Source: Bacteroidota bacterium (GTDB taxonomy: Bacteria; Bacteroidota; Ignavibacteria; UBA10030). From it: a stretch of DNA of 64,000 nt. The stretch is taken from contig DAOOUW010000007.1 in the NCBI GenBank assembly GCA_035390885.1, forward strand, positions 84 to 64,083, read 5' to 3'. Of the stretch, positions 56,397-64,000 are shown one piece after another. Below the pieces are notes generated by a model. It ran no database searches and was not told the DNA's origin. It worked only from the letters and a program-made list of their open reading frames with translations. Positions within the stretch are counted from its first letter, which is position 1. Each line of letters starts with the position of its first letter. The position numbers and the translations under genes were made by a program.

Positions 56397-59300
56397 ATGA
56401 AAATAATAGCTCGGTCTATCTTGTTTTTAATTATCATTATATCTAATGCATATGGTCAAACATTAGGAGTTGTAGGTGATTCTTATAAAGGTAAATATAA
56501 GAGTGTTAAAGTTGGATTAGAATGTGAACGTAATTTTGGTGGTGAAAATTTATTTACAGGAGATGTTGGTTTTTCACTACCAATTGCTCAAATAGGTGGG
56601 TTAGATGTTGAATTGGCATATAGTAGCAATGTTCATCATCTTATTTCAGCTCCTAATTGGAAACAGCAGTCTGGTTGGGTAGGAATTGGGTGGGAGTTGA
56701 AAGTTGGGTCGATCGTTGGGGAAATTAATGAGACAGTTGATCCTACAGATGACCGGTATTTTTACCAAGGTCCAGAAGCATCTACAGAATTAATCTATCT
56801 AAGAGATAACGAATTTATATTGAAGGACTATAAATTTTGGAAAATAAAACGAATTGTCGATGAATCACACATTCCAGCAAGAGTATTGGGTTGGGAAATA
56901 ATTCGCGAGGATGGGACTAAATACAGATATGGTAACTATAATTATATCGCAGAGCGTGAAGATCCTAAATTTGTTCTAGATTATGAGCCGACCAACGCTA
57001 CACAATTTAAATTAGCATGGGGAAATCTTGTTAGTAATCCACCGTCGACTTGCTACGAATCAGCTTCATATGCACCTCATAGATGGGATCTATCGGATAT
57101 AGAAGATATTTTTGGCAACCATACAACAATTCTTTATCAACAGGTAAAGGATTCTTTGAGGGCTAACTATACCGATCCAAATACTGGGAAATTGCGTTCT
57201 ACAAAACCGTATACGCGTGAGTCATATATGTATAAAATAATTGATCGTGTAGGTAACAGTGTAAAATTTATTATTGGTCCAACAGCATCAGAAGAATACA
57301 CATATTTTTATGGAATCAATATTCAACAACAATATCAGACACAGCAATTAAATCGAGTTGAAAGGTTTAATCAAAAAGGAGAGCTTATTAATCGAATTGA
57401 ATTTGGATATACCGACGCTGGTGTTTATGACGCAGCAACAGTAAAACGATTCCTTACTTCACTTACGACGAAAAATGCACTGGGTGAAGCGTTACCCGGG
57501 GATGTATTTGAATACTACAAAGTAGGAGGAGTAGAAGATGGTCCCAATCATGGTGCGTTAAAAAAACAGATCATATCTACTGGAGGTGAAGTTGAATATC
57601 AATATACGACACAACAACTGACTAATGTAAAGTTAGACACAACATTTCTTTGCCAAAATCTTAACAATTCATCATTGCAACAACAATTTGCGTCATATGC
57701 GTATTCGATAAATGTCTTGGGTATGTCTGGCAAAGATTTCTTTTTATTACAAAATCGGAATATTACTGGAACGCAATTAAATTGCTATAGATTTGGACCA
57801 AACGGCTGGAAAACAGATCCAGAATTTCCAATGATAAATACATATAGTAAAGTATGGGTTCGTGGTGATTATGTACTTGCCAGGTCTATTGAGGGTAATA
57901 ATCTTTCAATATTAAAACGAGTCGGCGATTCTTGGCACTGTAGGCATGGATTCAGATTGTCTAAAATAACAATTCAATATGATATAGGAGGTACTGTTAC
58001 CAAGTATCCGGATGATATAATATTGCTAGGCATGGGAAACGATTTTTTCGTTGTAGAAGCACATTATAATAATGGTTCGAAATCATGTTTCGAAGTTCGG
58101 CAATATGTAATATGGTGGGACAATGAAATTGGAGATTGGAATTTTCAAGAATTGGGTGATTATGGAATGCGAAATTCCTATCCTGACGATGATCTAAGCC
58201 CTTGGAGAGAAAAAGATGACCCGAGATTTGCTGCGTGTGGCAATCGATTTTTCGTTATTAATTCCCTCCATAAAGTATGGTGTTGGAATGGCATAAACTG
58301 GCAAAGCTATGAAATACAAAATGAAGATATAAATGGTAATATCTATAGCGACAACTGTTTTAAACCATTCGTTGGCGAAGACTATATTGTTCTTTTATAT
58401 TATGGCGTTAAGGAACAAGATTACATTCGGCGTTTACAGCTTGGGCAAAAAACATACCCTTGCCGTGGTAGTAGTGTGTATAGTTGGAATGGCCAAAATT
58501 GGAGTAGATCAAGTGAGCATTATATGGCTGTTCATCCAATGACAACATTTGGTAATTATTTTTGTGTAAAACGCCAATATGACGAGAATATACCACCAGA
58601 TCTAGCAATATTTTACAAGAAAGTACCAGACTTTCCCCTGGATAACACTTGGATCCAATATAATCTGACTGATACGCACGTTGGAAACTTACCTGTAACC
58701 CAATGTGCTTTCCGAGGAGACTTAATTGCGTTCAACTTCGATCAGCAGTTATACATATCAAGATTTCAGGAAAAACCTGTGCAGATAAAGCTGAATGGTT
58801 TTCCTGAATATATTGACGGAGATTGGAGTCAATATGAATTGGCGCAACCCTTGGTAAACAATAATTCGATTTTTGCCTCTTTTGTGAGGGGGAATTCTAC
58901 ACCACCTTCAATGTTCGGATATGGATTGTTTAAATTTCAATTTAAAGATCAGCAGTGGACAAAAGAAGAATTATTAACTTATTCGATAGGTAATGGTTAC
59001 GGAAAAGGAGCATGTATCCAACCGGGTAGTAATTTTCTTGCTGCAGTTTATAGCGTTAACTCTAATCATGTTGATGGTTTATGTAGTGCTTTTAAACAAG
59101 GATTTGATCAGAACTTTTCTGATATATTTAAAAATTATCCGTATGATTTTCCCGTAATAAAAAAGATATTGCGGGACCAAAATGGGCATGAATACATAAC
59201 AACTATGCAATATGAAAATGGTACATTTGATGAGGATATGATATCTGCCAAATACAATAAAGTCATTGTATCATTACCTGAAAGTAACGGGAAAATAGTT

Positions 59301-62300
59301 ACATATTATTATAATAAACTTTCTCGTGCACAATTATTGGATTATAATGATTGCCTAAATCCGAGTGGAGTTGAACAAAATTTATCAGGACTATCTTATC
59401 AGATACGATATCTTGATGACGCAAATAATGAGATTATGTCGTCAAAGATATATAATGAAAGCCTCTTTGAGCGTTGGGGTACTCCTACTAACAAGATGTA
59501 TATGTATTATTGCAAACCTATAATGATTGATACTATCAAATATGGCGTTGTAAGCAGAACAGCTATAGATTATTCGGAATCAAATGGTGAATTGTGTCGT
59601 TTAATAAGAAAAACAGATGTGGACAATGGGGAAGAGAACAAACGTGGTTCAGTTCGAGAGGTGATATATGCTTATCAGGAATATGCATCAATGGGAGCTG
59701 AACAAAAACATATGTTAAATCAAATTTATGAAGATAAGATTAATTCTGCTTACATAGAAAATCTTTCCACAGAGGAAGTATCATTATCTTCTGAAAAGAT
59801 GGAAGCAGGATGGAGAACTATATATGAAAATGATCTACCTAAGCAACAACAAGTTTGGATCGGTCCTGGCATCAAGGACTGGCAAATTGTGCAATCAATT
59901 ATTAACCGTGATGCAGTAGGGAATATTATTGAGACAGAGGATGCGAATGGAATACGATCTCAATATTACTATGGACATAATAAAAGTCTTAAAATTGCTG
60001 AGTTCTTCAATACCTCAAATGAAAAAGTATGGGCAGATAACTTTGATGATGGAAGCATTGATGATAGTGATCCAATGATTTGGTCTAAATCTGGAATGTG
60101 GACAATTAATCATGGAATATTAAAATCGACTAATACAGCTTACTTGGGTAATCACAATGCTGAAGTCCAAAATTTCAAGTTTGATATTGCTTTGCGCATA
60201 GTTAATGATTATAGTAATATAGCTAATTGGGCAGGGGTGCATTTTGGAAGTACATCGAACAATATTTTTAATTCAGGTTACCTTATTTATTATAGGGAAA
60301 ATGGCGAGATCAATCTATATCATGAGGGCTCAAATCTATTTTCTGTGTTTACAGGCTTAGTACCCAACGTGTGGCGCCACTTATCTATTTCTGTGGATGG
60401 AACAAAAATTGAAGTATTTATCGATGGGCAACGTTTCATTGATTATTCACTTTCGGAGCCAGTTCCAAGTGGCTTCGTTAGCCTTAATTCTTATCAAGCA
60501 GATACAGAATATGATGATTTTAGGTGTTATCCGGTTAGGGCGATAGCGCAATCACATGCTTATGATTCCCTATGGAGTAAGGAAAATATATTTTCTGATC
60601 CTAATGGAAGAGCTCTTTCAATAAAATATGATTCATTCGGAAGAATACAATCTATACAGGATTTGTATTCTGAAAATATGTTTTCTAACTATTTGTATTA
60701 TTATTCTCGTAGTGGAAACCTTTCATATAATCAACTCGACCCTAATTATGTATTGACTCAAACATGGTTGAAACCTGGTGTATATATAAATTCTAAAAAT
60801 TTCTATGATGGATTAAATAGAATGCTTCAAAGTCAGATTTTAGTTTCTGAAGGTAAGATTATTACCCCAAAAGAGTATGAAGCATTAGGACGAATTGTTA
60901 GGGTTTATAAACCATATTTTATGGCAAATACAACATTAGGTTTCGATCCCAATTATTTAAACAATGATATTGGATATTATCTGAATATTGGTTTATTTAA
61001 CGTCAGTAATTATCCATATGCTGAAAATGAATTTTATCGAGACCCATTAAATAGGTTGAAACTTGCAGCTTTTCCAGGGTTAACTTTTAAAAAGGGTGGT
61101 AAAAATATACTATATACTTATGGTAGTGATCGAATAAATGAATTGTTTTATGTGACAAAGACCGATGAAAATGGCATTAAAGAAACTATCTTTACCGACA
61201 AGTCTGGAAATCATATAAAAACTATCGCTGATTCAACGGCATTAAGATTAACAACGGCCTTCAAGTATGATATTCTTGGAAGAATAGTAAAATCAATTCC
61301 TCCAAGAGGTGATCTTCTTGCATCAGCTTATGTTTATAATCCTAAAAGCCAGTTAGTTCAGAAGACCACACCCGATGCTGGTACCGTACAATACTTATAT
61401 GATAAAGTTGGTAATCTGAGATTGATTAAAGATGCAGGTCATACGGGAACAGTGAACAACATATCAATTTCAGGGGTGAAAGAGCCGACAAATTCGCCAG
61501 AAGGTTCGTTTATTTTGACTTTACCTGGCAAAGTAAATCTTTCTTTACTACGAGCCTATCTTATTTCAGGCTCACCAGTAGGTAATCTTATAATATTAAG
61601 CAATGGGGTTGAAGTGTGCAGAGTTACAGTAAATTCATCTACGGCAGCATCTCTTTCAATAGTGCTACCAAAGGGCAGCTATACTTATACCAGCACTGTC
61701 AGTGGAGGCAGTGGTGTCTATCCTTATACTATAACATGCAATACTGGTTGCGAATTTATTTATAACAAGTATGATTCATTTAACCGAATAACTGAAAATG
61801 GAGAATACGAATCTAATTCCACGGGTAATTTTACACAAGCGAATGCAAATAATCCCTCCTTCCCTACCTCTGGCACAATTGTAACGAAGAAATTCTTTTA
61901 TGATACCCCCAGTACTAATTCTATAGCTTCAGGTCAACGAAACTTAAGAGGACAGCTCTCCTATTCTTATACTTATCAACTGGGGAGTATTTGTGAAGAA
62001 ATGTATTATTCTTACGATAATTTTGGAAACGTAGAATGGATTATTCAAAAAACTGCAGGCACACCGATTGGGAAAAAGATCCAATATAAATATGACTTGC
62101 AAGGTAATATTACTCAGAAGAATTATTATGATCTGGACAATAGTTCGAATAACATATCGTTCTTTTACGAGTATGATTTGGCTGGAAGATTATCAAAGGT
62201 TTATTCGGATCAAAATGCCAATGGAACATCTCGAGTTCTCGAAGCCATATATACATACAATGCCGATGGTAGTGTTAAGCGACTGCAGTTGGGCAATGCT

Positions 62301-63149
62301 CAGGGAGTGGATTATACATACAACGAGCGCGGATGGCTGACCATGATTAACCACCAGAATCTTGGAGGTGTTGATAATAATGGACAACCGCAGGACCCTG
62401 GCAGGGATGGATTCGATTCTGGATTGCCGGCAGATAAATTCGGCGAGGTTATCGGATATAATAATATTGATTATCATATCGGTGCGCCACAATATCAAAA
62501 TACAACGCCTCAATTCAACGGTAATATCAGCTGGTTAATGTATGCAATTCAGAATGTCAAATTCAATGGTACGCAGTTGTGCGGTTGGACATACAGTTAC
62601 GATGGTGCAAATCGTCTAACGAAGGCTGATTTTGGTTATTACACAAATGCATGGCTTCAGAGTAATGCTTACGATTTACCTGCAATATCCTACGACCCGA
62701 ATGGCAATATTCTCTCGTTAAATCGGTTGAGCTATTCAGGCATTAGATTAGATAATCTAAGTTATACATATCAAGTGAATACAAATAGATTAACTTCTGT
62801 TTTTAATCAGGTTAACAATCGGAAACAAACCTATACCTATACTTATGATTCCAATGGAAATATGACGAGCGATTCATATCGTGGATTAAGCATCATACTT
62901 TATAATACACAAAACCTGCCTGAGCAAATTACCAAATCCAACGGTAATATTGTCCGATATTGGTACGACGCAAATGGAAATCGTTTACGCAAGCAGGAAC
63001 AAGCAAGCAACGGTTCAATTCTGATGGATGAAACGTATGTCCTCGGTATAGATGGACAGACGGAAGCGGTATATAATACCACAACAGGAGCATTGAAGTT
63101 CTGGAACATAAATGCAGGTGGACAAATGATTGGGAGGATAGAGCCATGA
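56397..63149 (+). CDS. Giant secreted YD/RHS-repeat protein with SpvB-like N-terminus and LamG-like domain, without a toxin tip
   Basis: 2250 aa with signal peptide MKIIARSILFLIIIISNAYGQ. SpvB/TcB-like N-terminus: TGDVGFSLPI..GGLDVELAYSS...GIGWELKVGSI. LamG/concanavalin-like domain at ~60030-60535. YD repeats from ~60540 (YxYDxxGR/N..). The protein ends at ..YWYDANGNRLRK..GGQMIGRIEP, before any DHLGS / DPxGL core end. Confidence 0.85.
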   Translation: MKIIARSILFLIIIISNAYGQTLGVVGDSYKGKYKSVKVGLECERNFGGENLFTGDVGFSLPIAQIGGLDVELAYSSNVHHLISAPNWKQQSGWVGIGWELKVGSIVGEINETVDPTDDRYFYQGPEASTELIYLRDNEFILKDYKFWKIKRIVDESHIPARVLGWEIIREDGTKYRYGNYNYIAEREDPKFVLDYEPTNATQFKLAWGNLVSNPPSTCYESASYAPHRWDLSDIEDIFGNHTTILYQQVKDSLRANYTDPNTGKLRSTKPYTRESYMYKIIDRVGNSVKFIIGPTASEEYTYFYGINIQQQYQTQQLNRVERFNQKGELINRIEFGYTDAGVYDAATVKRFLTSLTTKNALGEALPGDVFEYYKVGGVEDGPNHGALKKQIISTGGEVEYQYTTQQLTNVKLDTTFLCQNLNNSSLQQQFASYAYSINVLGMSGKDFFLLQNRNITGTQLNCYRFGPNGWKTDPEFPMINTYSKVWVRGDYVLARSIEGNNLSILKRVGDSWHCRHGFRLSKITIQYDIGGTVTKYPDDIILLGMGNDFFVVEAHYNNGSKSCFEVRQYVIWWDNEIGDWNFQELGDYGMRNSYPDDDLSPWREKDDPRFAACGNRFFVINSLHKVWCWNGINWQSYEIQNEDINGNIYSDNCFKPFVGEDYIVLLYYGVKEQDYIRRLQLGQKTYPCRGSSVYSWNGQNWSRSSEHYMAVHPMTTFGNYFCVKRQYDENIPPDLAIFYKKVPDFPLDNTWIQYNLTDTHVGNLPVTQCAFRGDLIAFNFDQQLYISRFQEKPVQIKLNGFPEYIDGDWSQYELAQPLVNNNSIFASFVRGNSTPPSMFGYGLFKFQFKDQQWTKEELLTYSIGNGYGKGACIQPGSNFLAAVYSVNSNHVDGLCSAFKQGFDQNFSDIFKNYPYDFPVIKKILRDQNGHEYITTMQYENGTFDEDMISAKYNKVIVSLPESNGKIVTYYYNKLSRAQLLDYNDCLNPSGVEQNLSGLSYQIRYLDDANNEIMSSKIYNESLFERWGTPTNKMYMYYCKPIMIDTIKYGVVSRTAIDYSESNGELCRLIRKTDVDNGEENKRGSVREVIYAYQEYASMGAEQKHMLNQIYEDKINSAYIENLSTEEVSLSSEKMEAGWRTIYENDLPKQQQVWIGPGIKDWQIVQSIINRDAVGNIIETEDANGIRSQYYYGHNKSLKIAEFFNTSNEKVWADNFDDGSIDDSDPMIWSKSGMWTINHGILKSTNTAYLGNHNAEVQNFKFDIALRIVNDYSNIANWAGVHFGSTSNNIFNSGYLIYYRENGEINLYHEGSNLFSVFTGLVPNVWRHLSISVDGTKIEVFIDGQRFIDYSLSEPVPSGFVSLNSYQADTEYDDFRCYPVRAIAQSHAYDSLWSKENIFSDPNGRALSIKYDSFGRIQSIQDLYSENMFSNYLYYYSRSGNLSYNQLDPNYVLTQTWLKPGVYINSKNFYDGLNRMLQSQILVSEGKIITPKEYEALGRIVRVYKPYFMANTTLGFDPNYLNNDIGYYLNIGLFNVSNYPYAENEFYRDPLNRLKLAAFPGLTFKKGGKNILYTYGSDRINELFYVTKTDENGIKETIFTDKSGNHIKTIADSTALRLTTAFKYDILGRIVKSIPPRGDLLASAYVYNPKSQLVQKTTPDAGTVQYLYDKVGNLRLIKDAGHTGTVNNISISGVKEPTNSPEGSFILTLPGKVNLSLLRAYLISGSPVGNLIILSNGVEVCRVTVNSSTAASLSIVLPKGSYTYTSTVSGGSGVYPYTITCNTGCEFIYNKYDSFNRITENGEYESNSTGNFTQANANNPSFPTSGTIVTKKFFYDTPSTNSIASGQRNLRGQLSYSYTYQLGSICEEMYYSYDNFGNVEWIIQKTAGTPIGKKIQYKYDLQGNITQKNYYDLDNSSNNISFFYEYDLAGRLSKVYSDQNANGTSRVLEAIYTYNADGSVKRLQLGNAQGVDYTYNERGWLTMINHQNLGGVDNNGQPQDPGRDGFDSGLPADKFGEVIGYNNIDYHIGAPQYQNTTPQFNGNISWLMYAIQNVKFNGTQLCGWTYSYDGANRLTKADFGYYTNAWLQSNAYDLPAISYDPNGNILSLNRLSYSGIRLDNLSYTYQVNTNRLTSVFNQVNNRKQTYTYTYDSNGNMTSDSYRGLSIILYNTQNLPEQITKSNGNIVRYWYDANGNRLRKQEQASNGSILMDETYVLGIDGQTEAVYNTTTGALKFWNINAGGQMIGRIEP

Positions 63150-64000
63150 AAACAGTATTGAGTAAGCAAGATGCAATTGACAAATCAAAGAAACCGATAG
63201 ATGGGATGAATATGAAAAAAATAAAAATGAGTTTCATACTCTGTCTTGTCAGTTTGCCGATAATGATGCAAGCACAGACACTAAGCCCGGCAGATACGCT
63301 TGTGCTATTCAAAGCTCAAAATGATACAATGCAATTGCGTCGAATAGCTCGCAATCGTTTTGGAGACCGAGTAGGAGCAAAGGCGCAACATAGAATTGCA
63401 CAAATTGCGTACGATAAAGGAGATTATAAAAAAGCTGAAGAAGAATATCTCTCGATACGTAAGCAATATTTAAATTTCCCTGAATCAAATTCGGCAATGT
63501 ATTGGTTGGGAAGAGCTAAATTTAAGCAAGGAGAATATTCAAAAGCACAAGAATATTTGAAGGAATATATCAAAGCAGAGCCGACTGGCGAAGGGGCGGA
63601 GAAAGCAAAATTTTACTATCTACAAGGAATGGAAGAGACAAAAGATCCTGCGTATGTAGATTCTGTTCGTTCTTACTTTACAAGCCCTCGCAGAGTGATG
63701 GGAGATAAGGATCCGATGGTACATTATGGACTGGTTCGATATTATGGGAGGCAGGGGAACATTGGACAGGCGCTTGAAGAATCGAAAACCTTGATAACAA
63801 AATATCCAAAGTCGAAATATGCAAATTTTGCAGAATCGAGAGTAGTAGATTACTACTGCATCATGGGGAAGTCCGAAGAAGCGATCAAGTTTTGTCAATC
63901 GTTATTGAAGAAATATCCGCCAAACAGTGAAGAAGCAGCTCGAGCGCATCGAATGTTAGGCTCGATGTATATGAACACGAATCAATTTGAGCGAGCGCGA
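63146..64000 (+). CDS. TPR-repeat protein (YbgF-like), partial at window end
   Basis: Open frame to the window end, absent from the ORF track because it has no stop. The ATG at 63146 forms an ATGA overlap with the rhs2 stop. Alternative starts at 63206 and 63212 precede the signal peptide MKKIKMSFILCLVSLPIMMQAQ. Repeated TPR-like helices. Confidence 0.7.
   Translation, partial: MKTVLSKQDAIDKSKKPIDGMNMKKIKMSFILCLVSLPIMMQAQTLSPADTLVLFKAQNDTMQLRRIARNRFGDRVGAKAQHRIAQIAYDKGDYKKAEEEYLSIRKQYLNFPESNSAMYWLGRAKFKQGEYSKAQEYLKEYIKAEPTGEGAEKAKFYYLQGMEETKDPAYVDSVRSYFTSPRRVMGDKDPMVHYGLVRYYGRQGNIGQALEESKTLITKYPKSKYANFAESRVVDYYCIMGKSEEAIKFCQSLLKKYPPNSEEAARAHRMLGSMYMNTNQFERAR

Noticed and set aside
62929-63497. 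Minus-strand ORFs (127, 89 and 62 aa) at the rhs2/TPR junction
   Set aside because: They are antisense to the rhs2 3' end and to the open TPR frame that continues to the window end. None has a coding signature or ribosome-binding site.

Overview
The window looks like a chromosome from the FCB superphylum (Ignavibacteria- or Bacteroidota-like). Supporting signs are a T9SS C-terminal sorting domain, a BshB/LmbE deacetylase and strong AGGAG ribosome-binding sites. It falls into four blocks.

1. **Pho regulon, 0.5-8.7 kb, minus strand.** It contains phoB-phoR, two unannotated small ORFs, a porin, pstSCAB and phoU. TTAACA direct repeats at 11-bp spacing look like Pho boxes.

2. **Sugar-acid/hexuronate island, 9.8-25.7 kb, all minus strand.** Genes are gnd, a LarA-like gene, two kdgK paralogs, a pdxB-like gene, an SDR, an ExuT-like MFS transporter, tkt, uxaC, an eda fusion, kduI and a uxaE-like gene. 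A T9SS-sorted secreted protein follows.

3. **RHS/YD polymorphic-toxin array, 27.9-44.1 kb, minus strand.**
   - One 2611-aa teneurin-like main gene carries a Sec signal, seven Ig-like repeats, a TTR-like domain, NHL repeats, a YD shell and a Tlde1/YkuD-like C-terminal toxin.
   - It is followed by an immunity gene and six displaced orphan core-plus-toxin cassettes with their own immunity genes.
   - Two cassettes carry in-frame hairpin insertions.
   - The distal end has a REP-associated tyrosine transposase (RAYT) insertion and a chimeric relic.

4. **T2SS / type IV pilus-like apparatus, 44.5-55.7 kb.** It consists of two divergent operons that together look complete. It sits directly next to the array and is followed by a second Sec-signal giant YD protein of 2250 aa. 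That protein has an SpvB-like N-terminus and a LamG-like domain, lacks any toxin tip, and is translationally coupled to a TPR protein.

The main leads:
- Two signal-peptide RHS giants flank a T2SS-like machine, with no T6SS markers (no PAAR/VgrG) in this window.
- The toxin repertoire appears aimed only at the cell envelope.
- A four-copy structured intergenic repeat shows compensatory base changes and marks the borders of the secretion cluster.

No rRNA, tRNA or CRISPR array was recognised. All family assignments come from reading motifs by eye; no searches were run.
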